DNA of 64,000 bases from a virus (IMGVR_UViG_2897842695_000001:31652-95651), one strand, 5' to 3'; numbered from the stretch's first letter, positions 47,006 to 56,858 are shown. Translations and numbers: made by a program. The notes: generated by a model not told the origin, from the sequence alone.

Positions 47006-48153
47006 TTAACGATCCTCTCTAACTTGCTCGGTGTAACGTTCATCATTTTGGCAAAGTCTGTTATCGCTTCTTGCTTAGATTTGCCTTGGAGCTTGTAACC
47101 GTCATGGAAGTTCTGGAAGCCCATTTTCAGCATGTCGTTTAGCTCTTTAATCTTGTTGCTTTGCTTGCGGATCTTTCTCGCTTGGCGCTTAGTGCGTTCG
47201 CTTTCGCGTTTTTGTTGGTCCAGCTTGCGTTGCATGGCCTTTTGAGAGCGCATGTACTTGTCATGTTCTCGACGGGCCGCGTCTTGGTCTACTTTGGTTT
47301 TGCGGTTCTTGGCCGCTGCTTTGCGTTCTTGTTCGTTGAGGAAGTACGCCTTGTTATCGCTGCCATAGCTCACGCGTTTAGCTTGCTGCTTCATCTGCGT
47401 GGCTAAAATGCGTTGCCATGCTAATGACTGGAGCATTGTTGTGGCTTTAAGAACGTGCTTACACGCAACGCCCGATAACTCAGGGTTTTTAATCTTAGGG
47501 AACGCAAACTCTTTCGGTGGAGCTAAACAGTAGTTCCCCATCGTCGCTAAATAGCGATACCAATATTGGTGACGGCCACAGTCGCAATCAAAAGAGATAC
47601 GGCCAGCGCATGCCAGCTGTACCGCCTTGTTGTAATCACCATTAGGCGGCTCTTGTAGTAACTCATCCCACTGCTCGAAACGGACCTTAACGCGGTGATG
47701 TTGGTGCTTGGAAACACTCGAAGCCTTAACGTTTACCAGTGCAACGTTGTTCTTGATGGCGTACAGGTTCGCGCTAGTGATACCCGAACCATCATCAACA
47801 CGGTTATTGGCACGCTTAACGTCGATTTCTCGCGAGTTCTTCACCAGAAAGTGATACGTAACGCCAGCTGTTCGACTGTCGTACTTTTCCTTGTGTCGCT
47901 GTCTGGCCTTATCGAACTTGATTAAGTCGTCTTTGGTAAACCGCTGCCCTTTGGCCTTTTCACCGAGCGCCTTTAACGCCTTGCTGGTGGGATTAGTAAG
48001 CGTGCTTGGTTTTAGCGTGCGCTTGGCATTACGGCGGTTCTTCTTCTGCGCTTGCTCAATCTTGTTAAACAGTTGGTTAAACTGCTTGGCATTGAGGCCA
48101 GCTGAAATATAAGAGCCGTTGTCTGTCTTTTCTGGCGTGAACTTTTTAGGCAT
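47002..48153 (-). CDS. P1 gp25-like protein with SWIM-type zinc finger
   Basis: SFDCDCGRHQYWYRY...GVACKHV. Confidence 0.75.
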   Translation of the reverse strand: MPKKFTPEKTDNGSYISAGLNAKQFNQLFNKIEQAQKKNRRNAKRTLKPSTLTNPTSKALKALGEKAKGQRFTKDDLIKFDKARQRHKEKYDSRTAGVTYHFLVKNSREIDVKRANNRVDDGSGITSANLYAIKNNVALVNVKASSVSKHQHHRVKVRFEQWDELLQEPPNGDYNKAVQLACAGRISFDCDCGRHQYWYRYLATMGNYCLAPPKEFAFPKIKNPELSGVACKHVLKATTMLQSLAWQRILATQMKQQAKRVSYGSDNKAYFLNEQERKAAAKNRKTKVDQDAARREHDKYMRSQKAMQRKLDQQKRESERTKRQARKIRKQSNKIKELNDMLKMGFQNFHDGYKLQGKSKQEAITDFAKMMNVTPSKLERIVK

Positions 48154-48155
48154 GG

Positions 48156-48476
48156 CTACAACCCGTATGTATCCATAAATTCACGCATAGAACGGCGCAC
48201 CCAAGTTGCTTTAGGTAGCTTTATCGTCTCACCCACTGGTAATGACTCGGCGCTGTCGTCCACTTCACAGACAAGCAATACAAGCCACGCCAATTGAGCA
48301 TCACCCAAAGCACGGAAAGCGACCAAATCAGGCCGGTACGATTCATCAAGTTTGATTTCATAGTCTTTTAAGTCACTGTCTACGGTGTTCACATAATCAA
48401 TAACGTTGCGATAGTAGTGTGCACGTAGGACCGGATCGGCAATGTTCTGGTCAGAGAGTCGAGATAAGTTACTCAT
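48156..48476 (-). CDS. baseplate protein (P1 gp26-like)
   Basis: DESYRPDLVAFRALG...W...LPVG. Confidence 0.7.
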   Translation of the reverse strand: MSNLSRLSDQNIADPVLRAHYYRNVIDYVNTVDSDLKDYEIKLDESYRPDLVAFRALGDAQLAWLVLLVCEVDDSAESLPVGETIKLPKATWVRRSMREFMDTYGL

Positions 48477-49105
48477 TCCATTTCGCCCCCGTGTCTGTAT
48501 TTGCCATCAGCGATCATTTCGTCCTTGCGCGTGAAAACACGCTGTAGGCGTTGGATCGGCTTTTCTGGTTCTTTCGGTTTGTTTAGTTGAGCGAAGAATT
48601 GCTTTAGAGAGGACCGGTCCAGTAGGTTGTCTTGCGTGGCCGCGTAGACCGCAAACATGAGAGCGAACGTGTCAGGCTGTAACTCGTTCCAGTCGATGTT
48701 ATATACGGTCTTACCGTCCGTACCTCTTACCTCGTCAACGACTGACGGTGATACTTCGAAGCGGCCACCAGCATCACGCGGGTACGTGATACCACCCAGC
48801 GCGTGTAGGTTGTTGTATGCCTCCATCGCCGCAACGATGATAGGACGGCCACTGGCATCGAGATCAGAAAGTCGGACCGCTCGACCGTACTTGTAGAAAT
48901 ACGGCAAAATCTCATCCACCAGCACAACAAAGCCTTTGTCTTTTAGCTTCTTGAGCTTGTCTGGTAGCGTGAGTTTCAAGCTCATCATGGAGCGTTCTAA
49001 GCGGTCACACTGGATAATGAATAGTTGGCCGTTATCCACACCAGCCAGCATCAATCGAGGTTCACCGGAGGATAACGTGAGTATTGCTATGCGCTTCTTT
49101 GCCAT
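48473..49105 (-). CDS. mat: particle maturation protein (Mat-like)
   Basis: GFVVLVDE, GRPIIVAAM, YNIDWNEL; directly downstream of ref as in P1. Confidence 0.55.
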   Translation of the reverse strand: MAKKRIAILTLSSGEPRLMLAGVDNGQLFIIQCDRLERSMMSLKLTLPDKLKKLKDKGFVVLVDEILPYFYKYGRAVRLSDLDASGRPIIVAAMEAYNNLHALGGITYPRDAGGRFEVSPSVVDEVRGTDGKTVYNIDWNELQPDTFALMFAVYAATQDNLLDRSSLKQFFAQLNKPKEPEKPIQRLQRVFTRKDEMIADGKYRHGGEME

Positions 49106-49176
49106 TGATTGACCCTTGAAGCGCTTTTTTAGACGGGGAATATTAGCTTATCACTAAAAGCTTAGTGTTATGTATA

Positions 49177-49830
49177 TTAGTTCGGAATAATTATATCGAA
49201 CTGGCTCAATGGTTCGAGCGATAAACCGAGCATTTCGTACACTTTAACCAGTAACTCCAGCTCTGTTCCATTGTGCTCACTGAATTGCTTTTTACCACCA
49301 TATTTGCCCTTAGCGTGGACCGGTAATAGATCAGGGTACTGCTCGCGCTGCTCCTTTTCCGGCAAAGTGTCATGATGCCAGCAACAAAGCGGCAAAACGA
49401 ACTTGTGCGCGTCAATGCGAGTACGGCCAAACACATGATGCAATGAGACGATCGGATTGTCTCGGCCATGCAGTAAACAGGCAATACATGGAAGCGTACC
49501 GATCTTGTCCATCACCCGTTGTTCTTCTGCTAGGGCCGTGCGGCCTTTTAACCCCTTGGTAGCTTTTCGCTTGGCTGGTGGCTTTGCTGCTTGCTTGGCC
49601 TTTGCCCGTTCGGCCCTCTCTAGCGCCTTTTTCCGTTGCTGCTCTTGGTACTCTGGCGAACAAATCTTAGCTATACGCTGATCCTGCTTCTTCTTGGCCT
49701 TAGCGAGTCGCTTGGCCTTTTCAGCTGGATCTTTCATTTTGGCAATTTGCTTGTCTCTAGCTCGTTGCATGGCCTCTTTTTGCTTAACTCTTTGCCTTTC
49801 TTGCCTCTGCGCTATTGTCAAAGCCATCAA
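49177..49830 (-). CDS. ref: Ref, RecA-dependent HNH nuclease
   Basis: Basic N-terminus, GLKGRT, LPCIAC, SLHH, LPLCCWHH. Confidence 0.9.
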   Translation of the reverse strand: MMALTIAQRQERQRVKQKEAMQRARDKQIAKMKDPAEKAKRLAKAKKKQDQRIAKICSPEYQEQQRKKALERAERAKAKQAAKPPAKRKATKGLKGRTALAEEQRVMDKIGTLPCIACLLHGRDNPIVSLHHVFGRTRIDAHKFVLPLCCWHHDTLPEKEQREQYPDLLPVHAKGKYGGKKQFSEHNGTELELLVKVYEMLGLSLEPLSQFDIIIPN

Positions 49831-49949
49831 AACCCCCTAGTATTCGTGTTGCTCATGTTTCTATTGCTTGTTCAATGGGAACATTAAAGGCTGGCGCTGT
49901 CTGAATATTGCTGTTCAGAGTTTGTTTTGTTTGTTTCGCCAGCCGCAAG

Positions 49950-49971
49950 AAAACCGCCCTAGTGGCGGTTT
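49950..49971. terminator. terminator
   Basis: AAAACCGCC-ctagt-GGCGGTTTT. Confidence 0.7.
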
Positions 49972-49984
49972 TGTTGTATCTGGA

Positions 49985-50212
49985 CTATCGAGAAATAATC
50001 TTAGAGCGTTCAAGCCTTGCTGATACCGGTCGAGAAAGTTCAGACGCATGCCCTACTACTCGACAAATAAACTCAACGCTATCGGGAAACACTTTGTGGG
50101 ATATTGGCTCTAACACATCCGATTTAAGTGTGACCGTTTGATTGTTCTTGATAGCCGTGGCGAACCGGCGAATGGTCGGCATATCATAAAAACGCTTTGT
50201 TACTTCGCGCAT
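49985..50212 (-). CDS. hypothetical protein
   Basis: Overlaps the end of the AphA-like gene. Confidence 0.5.
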   Translation of the reverse strand: MREVTKRFYDMPTIRRFATAIKNNQTVTLKSDVLEPISHKVFPDSVEFICRVVGHASELSRPVSARLERSKIISR

Positions 50213-50697
50213 ACCTCATCTTCCTCAAGATTGCTAATCACAAACTCAAGCTCAACTTTACGGATATTAAGCTCGAACGTTAGACGGGCCGCTAACTGCG
50301 TGCCAGCTGCTTTCTCAATCTGATTTTCTAGTCGCTCGATTTCCTTACCTAATACTTCTCGGCCCTGTTCAAAGTAAGCTTCACAGCCCCCAATGAATTG
50401 CATCACTACAGCTTGGTGTCTGAACGTTTCAAGCTTGTATGGAGTCTCGTTCTTCAATTCGTTGAGCTTTTCTTGGCCCTGTTCGGTTACGTGGTAGATC
50501 TTCGCGTCTGGCTTACCCTCGTTTGGCTTGTGTTCCGCGTATAGGAAAGACTCTTTATCCATACGATTACACTCACGATAGATTTGCTGGTGGCTGGCAC
50601 GCCAAACACACTCATGCTTCATAGACTTAGTTAGTTCATAACCAGTTTTAGGCGATAGTAAAATGTCTTGTAGTAGCGCTACTTGTAAGTGATTCAT
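50200..50697 (-). CDS. PadR-family regulator, AphA homologue
   Basis: TGYELTK, WRASHQQIYRE, PNEGKPDAKIY versus Vibrio AphA TGYDITK, WKASHQQVYRE, PQEGKPDRKVY (recalled). Confidence 0.88.
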   Translation of the reverse strand: MNHLQVALLQDILLSPKTGYELTKSMKHECVWRASHQQIYRECNRMDKESFLYAEHKPNEGKPDAKIYHVTEQGQEKLNELKNETPYKLETFRHQAVVMQFIGGCEAYFEQGREVLGKEIERLENQIEKAAGTQLAARLTFELNIRKVELEFVISNLEEDEVCAK

Positions 50698-50713
50698 TGC
50701 TCATGTTCCTAAT

Positions 50714-51175
50714 TTAGATTTGTTGCCAAATGTCGCTGGTTGATTGGTCCTTGAACCCGTGACAGACGTACTCAATATCACTTGAGTAGTGCGTTAATTT
50801 CCCTTTCAACGCCTTTTTATTGCGGTTATGCCAGTGTTCGTAACCGGCGCTAAACGCGTACTGGTTGTTGCTGTAGTCTGCATAATGGAGATCTGCACCA
50901 TTACGCGCCTCATTAACACCAGCGGCCCAACTTGCTAAGAAGTCCTCGCGCTCGATGATCTTCAACACTTGCCTTTCATCGTCCTGTACTGCGAGTAGTT
51001 GGATAATTCCAAGCGCTTGCATCTTGTCGATTACGGTTGTGTCAAAGTACCCAATGTAGATCTCATCGTGCGGGATATACTCGATTTGAGGCGGTGTTTC
51101 GTAGGCCGTACCGTCGAGCGGTAGCGCCTCCATTAACTCCACCAGCAAGCTGAGTTGCTTTTTGGGTATTGGCAT
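50714..51175 (-). CDS. hypothetical protein
   Basis: ORF track; in the leftward early operon. Confidence 0.65.
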   Translation of the reverse strand: MPIPKKQLSLLVELMEALPLDGTAYETPPQIEYIPHDEIYIGYFDTTVIDKMQALGIIQLLAVQDDERQVLKIIEREDFLASWAAGVNEARNGADLHYADYSNNQYAFSAGYEHWHNRNKKALKGKLTHYSSDIEYVCHGFKDQSTSDIWQQI

Positions 51176-51425
51176 TCTTCAAAGCCTCACTTAATTGGTT
51201 TACAAATTGAGCGCAAAACGAAAAACGAGACAGCTCTTTGCGTATTCTTTCGGCGTTTGCGTCATTTACAAATGCCTCTGCAATTTCGATGCTTTCAACG
51301 TTCCACGACACACAGATATTCCCAACAGGACCGATCGCCTTGTCTATACCAAGCACGATTAATACACCGTCATTTCTCAAAATGACCGTATCGCCTTTGC
51401 TGGTAGGGATTTTTCTATAAGCCAT
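51063..51425 (-). CDS. hypothetical protein
   Basis: First ORF of the leftward early operon; long overlap with the next gene. Confidence 0.5.
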   Translation of the reverse strand: MAYRKIPTSKGDTVILRNDGVLIVLGIDKAIGPVGNICVSWNVESIEIAEAFVNDANAERIRKELSRFSFCAQFVNQLSEALKNANTQKATQLAGGVNGGATARRYGLRNTASNRVYPAR

Positions 51426-51628
51426 GTTTCTATGCTACTCGATAGCTTGTTCGGAATGGTGCGGAATCTATCACAGCATCTAAAAACAATGCAACAGATA
51501 ATTTAATCAACTAGAACAAAGCTGAAACGCAACAATTAAATTTATTGTTCGGAATGGTTTTAATTGCCATCCGACAAAAAAAGCATTATCTTGGCCGCCA
51601 CAAACAAACAAATCTGAGCACATTAAGC

Positions 51629-52054
51629 ATGAATCTAATTCAACGCTTTTTAAGCAATAACCAGCAATTAACCCCTGATATGGCCGTTATTCAACGTGGC
51701 TCTTTGGCCCACCAGCTAAAGCTACTGATTAACGAACCCGCCTTTACCGTGGGCCACCTATTCGCTCTTAAAGAGCACGCCACCACCGAGGAACACAGCT
51801 GGCCTAGCCTCTCTTGCTTCTTTGATGAAACCGTTACGAACGCAGCGGCCATGTATGAACGCGACAGCAACCAAGTGTCGTTTATGACGAACCTTTGTGA
51901 TGCGGTTTACCTCATCGAGAAACACAAGATAGCTCATGACACCACGCTAAATACTCTCATCCTCGATGATGATCAGTTCATTGAGGCCGATACGACCGAG
52001 CGAAACATTCATCACAAGTTATCGCTCGCTACGGCCTACGCAAACGAGTTCTAA
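51629..52054 (+). CDS. hypothetical protein
   Basis: Probable start MNLIQRF. Confidence 0.6.
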   Translation: MNLIQRFLSNNQQLTPDMAVIQRGSLAHQLKLLINEPAFTVGHLFALKEHATTEEHSWPSLSCFFDETVTNAAAMYERDSNQVSFMTNLCDAVYLIEKHKIAHDTTLNTLILDDDQFIEADTTERNIHHKLSLATAYANEF

Positions 52055-52057
52055 CTA

Positions 52058-52255
52058 ATGCAAATCCAGCCACTAAAAGCCTTTATTGCTGAGTATTTCA
52101 AAGACCCCGCTGACTTCGCCAATATTCACGGCGTTGAACGAGATTCAGTCTATCGAATGCAGCGTAATGGCGTTTATGCAAGCGGCGACCGCAGCTGTTA
52201 CACGCTTTGGTATCCAAAGAAAGACGGCGGCGACCAACAAAACCTATTTAACTGA
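52058..52255 (+). CDS. small hypothetical protein (possible Cro-like HTH)
   Basis: PADFANIHGVERDSVYRM. Confidence 0.5.
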   Translation: MQIQPLKAFIAEYFKDPADFANIHGVERDSVYRMQRNGVYASGDRSCYTLWYPKKDGGDQQNLFN

Positions 52256-52267
52256 GCATTTCCCCTT

Positions 52268-52753
52268 ATGGCACTACTAACACGGCAAGAAAAACACCAA
52301 GAAATGAGTGATTGTATCGAGCGCTACGAATCATTTATCCAATGCACCAGTGCGTTTAGTTACAGCATTGGTCTGGCTAAAAAAGGTTGGCCCGATGTGG
52401 TTGTAATGAGTGGCAAGTACGCCACCGCTGTAACGCTCATTAACCTATTGGTTGAGCATTGGAATGAGCACGGCGTAGAGCTGGGCCGAAATACTTCTTT
52501 GATACAGTCACCAAAGGGCGAATCCATGCCCGTTTATGTTGCCGCCATACCAATGACTAAACAGCTGGTGGATGAAATCGCAGTACAAACGATGGACTTC
52601 TACAAGTACAACCCGCAGTACGTGAAAAATGAGATCAGCTTTGTGCAACTGTTCTTCCCTGACGAACAAGGCAAGTTACCTTTCGAGGCGGGATTCAATC
52701 CGAGATTCGAACAGCCAGCATTAACAACCGAATTACCTACCGTTACCCATTAA
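52268..52753 (+). CDS. DUF4262-like protein
   Basis: FSYSIGL...GWPDVV; VQLFFPDEQGKLPFE. Confidence 0.7.
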   Translation: MALLTRQEKHQEMSDCIERYESFIQCTSAFSYSIGLAKKGWPDVVVMSGKYATAVTLINLLVEHWNEHGVELGRNTSLIQSPKGESMPVYVAAIPMTKQLVDEIAVQTMDFYKYNPQYVKNEISFVQLFFPDEQGKLPFEAGFNPRFEQPALTTELPTVTH

Positions 52754-52768
52754 TCAAGGACTAAAAAC

Positions 52769-53200
52769 ATGAGCATTAACGATCAGCCTGTAGATGAAGC
52801 GTTCCAAGTAACAACAAACAAGATGGCTAGTTCTATTTTGGCTTCCCTAGAACTGGTAGCACCGATGATGGCAGAAAGGTCCGGTATTCATATTCAAAAA
52901 GAGCACCTTATGGTTGGTGCACTAACCACGGCCTTACTTAAACTCGCCAAGGTTCATGATATGGACATAGTTCAGCTGGCCCGTTCAGGGCGTCACTTCC
53001 TTGCTATTGGCGTTAACAATGCCACCAGCAACGCGCCTAGCGCTATCGAAACACGCTCACTGCTAGATAATCTGACTCATATCATTCAGAGCGGCGGCGA
53101 ATGCCTTTGCTCTAAATGCAGCAAAGAACGCGAACCTAGCTTAAATGAGCAGACCGCAAAAGAGATCTTAGCTGAAATTGAAAGAGAGCAGACACGATGA
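52769..53200 (+). CDS. hypothetical protein
   Basis: ORF track; CLCSKC. Confidence 0.6.
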   Translation: MSINDQPVDEAFQVTTNKMASSILASLELVAPMMAERSGIHIQKEHLMVGALTTALLKLAKVHDMDIVQLARSGRHFLAIGVNNATSNAPSAIETRSLLDNLTHIIQSGGECLCSKCSKEREPSLNEQTAKEILAEIEREQTR

Positions 53201-53922
53201 GCCGTTCAGTGACACAAAAAGACTTCCTAAAAGACGTTCGTAACCACCAAATGACGATCATCAATGATGATGGCGGTGTGTGTCGTTACCTACGCTTTAA
53301 GCAACCAAACACCAGCAACCGCTATTTCGACATTACCACTTGGAACGGTCATTTGTGCATTAGCGGCGATATGGGTACGTTTGTTTTCAGCCGTCTATTC
53401 GATATGTTCGAGTTTTTCCGTGATAGCAAGCTACGTGTTAACTACGGCTATTGGGGAGAGAAACTGCAATCCGTTAGCCGGTTCGCTGGATACGAGGTGT
53501 TTGACAGCCACTATGTGCTCGAATCCATCAAAGAGCGCATTAACTACCTAGCAGAAGAATACATTCCTGAGTATTACGTGCATTTAAGCTTAGACATAAA
53601 AGACGAGTACCCAACCATTGAAGCGATAACCGAAGCATTCAAAAATGATGCTATCGAGCACTTTGAAAACGCTGAATTATGCGAATACCGTCATGCTGGT
53701 ACGATAGACGAATGGGAATCAGAGATATTCCCTAACCTTAGTTTGCATGGCTATGAGGGCAATGATTGGGATTATGAGTGGTTAAGCGGAAAACGTCTTA
53801 GCTACAACTACAAATGGTGTTGTCGTGCTATTGTATGGGCCATCAACCAATATGACCGCTCCAAAAGCCCGATCGTTATTCCATCTTACTATCAGGCCAT
53901 TACTCATCATAAGGACTGTTAA
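53197..53922 (+). CDS. conserved phage hypothetical protein
   Basis: FDITTWNGHLCISGDMGTFVF...YWGEKL motif recalled from other phage proteins. Confidence 0.7.
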   Translation: MSRSVTQKDFLKDVRNHQMTIINDDGGVCRYLRFKQPNTSNRYFDITTWNGHLCISGDMGTFVFSRLFDMFEFFRDSKLRVNYGYWGEKLQSVSRFAGYEVFDSHYVLESIKERINYLAEEYIPEYYVHLSLDIKDEYPTIEAITEAFKNDAIEHFENAELCEYRHAGTIDEWESEIFPNLSLHGYEGNDWDYEWLSGKRLSYNYKWCCRAIVWAINQYDRSKSPIVIPSYYQAITHHKDC

Positions 53923-53924
53923 AC

Positions 53925-54569
53925 ATGGCAAAGGTAATCGCTGTTACAGCAGACACCAATAATCCAAACCGTATCAATGCTCTAGTGTGGCCGAGCAAGA
54001 AAGCATTTGCGGCAGAGTGCAGCTGGATTGATGATCGCTGGTTGCAAATTATCGACGGCGGCCACGAACAGGCCAACGCCATCAAGAGCGGCTTTGAGCT
54101 GGTGGACCTTATCGACACGGCCAATAAGAACCCTACTCCAGAAAACATTCAGAAATTGGAGATCTACAAGCTGTTTTACGCGCTCTTAAACGGCCAAGAT
54201 AGCCCCGCGTTTGTGGACCTACCTACAACGGTTCGTCAGAGTGACTTAGAGAACCCTGATTACATTGCTTATCTAGAGAGTGAAGCCGAGGCCAAGGACC
54301 GGAACGACCAAGCTATCAAGCTAAGAAATGAGAGAATTGCAGCCAGAAAGGCCAAGACCGAACAGGTTAAAAATTTTCCGACGATGAGCAAGCCAATGTT
54401 GCTTGAGTACCTACGCGAGACGATTGAGCTAAAACAGGCGATCAAGGTATCCGCTATTGGTGAAGAAGATTTTGAAACCGCTATCAAATGCACTGGTGAA
54501 CTAAAGCTACTCGATACGATAATCCATCAAATTGAGGTTGGCCGTTTCAATGATGGAGAAGTCGAATAA
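53925..54569 (+). CDS. hypothetical protein
   Basis: ORF track. Confidence 0.65.
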   Translation: MAKVIAVTADTNNPNRINALVWPSKKAFAAECSWIDDRWLQIIDGGHEQANAIKSGFELVDLIDTANKNPTPENIQKLEIYKLFYALLNGQDSPAFVDLPTTVRQSDLENPDYIAYLESEAEAKDRNDQAIKLRNERIAARKAKTEQVKNFPTMSKPMLLEYLRETIELKQAIKVSAIGEEDFETAIKCTGELKLLDTIIHQIEVGRFNDGEVE

Positions 54570-54854
54570 ATGGAAAACGTCATTCATGAGTCAGCAGCGA
54601 CATTCTGGCAGCAGTACCAATCCGCGATCGTGGTCGGCATGCTTCCGATGTTTGTTGTTACCCACAACACGCTAGATTTTGGCGATAAGTATGTAGCAAG
54701 GCTATTAACGATCTTAGCTGGTCAGACGATGCACACACCTCATATCGTGCTTGCTGACACGCTAGAGGGCATTCGCGAATACGCGCCATCTTCCTGTACT
54801 CCGTTACCGCGTGACCCAAGAGATAGCGCAGTAATCGTTGAGACGTGGCTATAA
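54570..54854 (+). CDS. hypothetical protein
   Basis: Ends PRDPRDSAVIVETWL. Confidence 0.6.
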   Translation: MENVIHESAATFWQQYQSAIVVGMLPMFVVTHNTLDFGDKYVARLLTILAGQTMHTPHIVLADTLEGIREYAPSSCTPLPRDPRDSAVIVETWL

Positions 54855-54880
54855 CAGCCACCAGCACCACAAGATAACAA

Positions 54881-54910
54881 AGGCCGTCAGATCCATTCTG
54901 GCGGCCTTTT
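54881..54910 (+). terminator. terminator
   Basis: GGCCGTCAGA...TCTGGCGGCCTTTTT. Confidence 0.8.
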
Positions 54911-55061
54911 TCTTTGCCAGTTCGTAACCTTACAAACGTCAATCAACCTTGTTGTTATGAAAAAATGTGCGCAAAGCCCTTTTCAAAGATATGCGAATCG
55001 CATATATTACTCTCAAGCAAACAAACAAACCTTTTCAATCAGCAATATTCGAGGCTCTAAA

Positions 55062-55532
55062 ATGGTTAACGAATTTCTAAAAGATGGCGAATGCGTAGTG
55101 TGGGTAGATCACCGTTACAACGACAATGACGGCGCTTATTCAATTGCAGTGATCTGGACCGGTAGCAGTATTCGTCAAGAAAACTACTCTAATGGCTACA
55201 ACAATGTTGCGTTCAATGCCGCAGAAGTTAACGCCACTCAAGAGCAAATCGAAACGGCGGCGCAATGGTATATCGATAACTGCAAGGACACATCGATGCG
55301 CGATGGTCATTCAACTTTCATCGATTGCACTGTCACTCTTACGCGTTCGCGTAAAGCCCCAAACAATACACCGCTACGCGTGGTGAATTTTTCTAAAGGC
55401 GGTTTTGACGATCGTTACGGCCACGGCCAGCCAGATGAAATCTGCGTCAAACTAGATGATGGTGAAACGGTATGGGTATCGCTTGGATGCTTAAAAGAAG
55501 TCGTAAAGTACGCCGCACCTATCTGGTCCTAA
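55062..55532 (+). CDS. hypothetical protein
   Basis: Probable start MVNEF with GAGG RBS. Confidence 0.65.
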   Translation: MVNEFLKDGECVVWVDHRYNDNDGAYSIAVIWTGSSIRQENYSNGYNNVAFNAAEVNATQEQIETAAQWYIDNCKDTSMRDGHSTFIDCTVTLTRSRKAPNNTPLRVVNFSKGGFDDRYGHGQPDEICVKLDDGETVWVSLGCLKEVVKYAAPIWS

Positions 55533-55591
55533 TCGTTCAATGTTGGCCGTCATGATGGCGGCCACGTCCACCAGCTTTGAGAGTTTCGATA

Positions 55592-56317
55592 ATGACTAAA
55601 ACAAGAATCCAACTACGCGGTATCTGTCCAGTTTGCGGCAAGTCTTTTGCTACTAAAAACGGTCGCATGGTCGCGCATGGATACACACTCGCCCACGGTT
55701 TTCAGTCTGGCGAATGCCACGGCACAAACAAGCCTCACTACGGCCATGATGATGCTGTCCCTTTTATGCAATCTTACAAAGCAACGCTTGAAGATATGGC
55801 GATTAAGACAAAGGAACTAGCAAAGTCGGCCAATATTACGGCCAAGCAAAAACGCGACTACGAGCGATCGCTAAATGGACTGGAGTTCATGACCGAGCTA
55901 TTAGCTCAACGCATCATGAAGTGGAAACCAATGCCGTTAATGGAAATCGACGTTATCGCAGAAGATATGGAACTTCGCCACCAGCGAGAAGCAGCAGCGG
56001 AGCAAAAGAAAGCGGCCAGAGCAAAGCAAGATGAAGCCAAAGCAGCAGCAAGAGCCGAGCGAGAAGCTAAGGCCGCCGCTAAATGGGCCGGTATATGCGC
56101 TAACAACACTCACCAGATTGAGCTTGATGGTGAACTGATACTTGAATGGCAATCAAGCTATAACAGCCGCACCGAACTGGAACGCGACTACTCCAAACGT
56201 AGCGGCGAATATCTAGCGAGCGTTTTTGATGATCTCCAAGACCGCATTAACGCATCATGGCGCTTAGTTCGACGCGTTCGCAGCCTAGACACTGGCAAAC
56301 AACTACACAAGTTTTGA
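55592..56317 (+). CDS. hypothetical protein with N-terminal Zn-binding motif
   Basis: CPVCGK...HGY...C; Ala/Lys-rich helix. Confidence 0.65.
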   Translation: MTKTRIQLRGICPVCGKSFATKNGRMVAHGYTLAHGFQSGECHGTNKPHYGHDDAVPFMQSYKATLEDMAIKTKELAKSANITAKQKRDYERSLNGLEFMTELLAQRIMKWKPMPLMEIDVIAEDMELRHQREAAAEQKKAARAKQDEAKAAARAEREAKAAAKWAGICANNTHQIELDGELILEWQSSYNSRTELERDYSKRSGEYLASVFDDLQDRINASWRLVRRVRSLDTGKQLHKF

Positions 56318-56326
56318 GGCACAACA

Positions 56327-56794
56327 ATGTATAACGAAGATATCAGAACAATTGCTCTATTGATGAGTGACCTTGACCTTGACCAATCAGGCGTTGCAAA
56401 GGCCGTCAAAGAAGAAACGGGCCACGGTATTAATCAGGGAACTATTAGCCGCGTGCTGGCTGGACAAGCAAAGGACGCGACGATCACTCTAGTTCGCTAT
56501 GCTCTTGAGAACATCCAGAGTAAAGGCGGGATGCCAAACAAAACAGATGAACACTACAAAGGTTCGGTAACTCAGCAAGAGCAAGATAGCGAAGTCGTAA
56601 CATGGTTTGTCACTGCGGAATCAGAAGAAGAAGCAATTAATCGAGTCGCTAGCTACGGCGTGAACGTACACGGCGCTAAGAATCACTACGATTATGATTG
56701 TACGGGCCAATGGTTCGCAGATCCGGCCCGTGCCGAGTTCGTCAAGTTCATGCAATGCTACGCTGTGACAATGCGCTGGTTGCGAGACGTATAG
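56327..56794 (+). CDS. HTH-containing protein
   Basis: QSGVAKAV...INQGTISRVLAG. Confidence 0.6.
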   Translation: MYNEDIRTIALLMSDLDLDQSGVAKAVKEETGHGINQGTISRVLAGQAKDATITLVRYALENIQSKGGMPNKTDEHYKGSVTQQEQDSEVVTWFVTAESEEEAINRVASYGVNVHGAKNHYDYDCTGQWFADPARAEFVKFMQCYAVTMRWLRDV

Positions 56795-56814
56795 CCAAAA
56801 CCCACTTAATATAG

Positions 56815-56843
56815 GGCCGTCAGAGCGATTCTGGCGGCCTTTT
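56815..56843 (+). terminator. terminator (near copy of 54881-54910)
   Basis: GGCCGTCAGA...TCTGGCGGCCTTTTT. Confidence 0.8.
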
Positions 56844-56858
56844 TCGTTTAGGTGGAAC

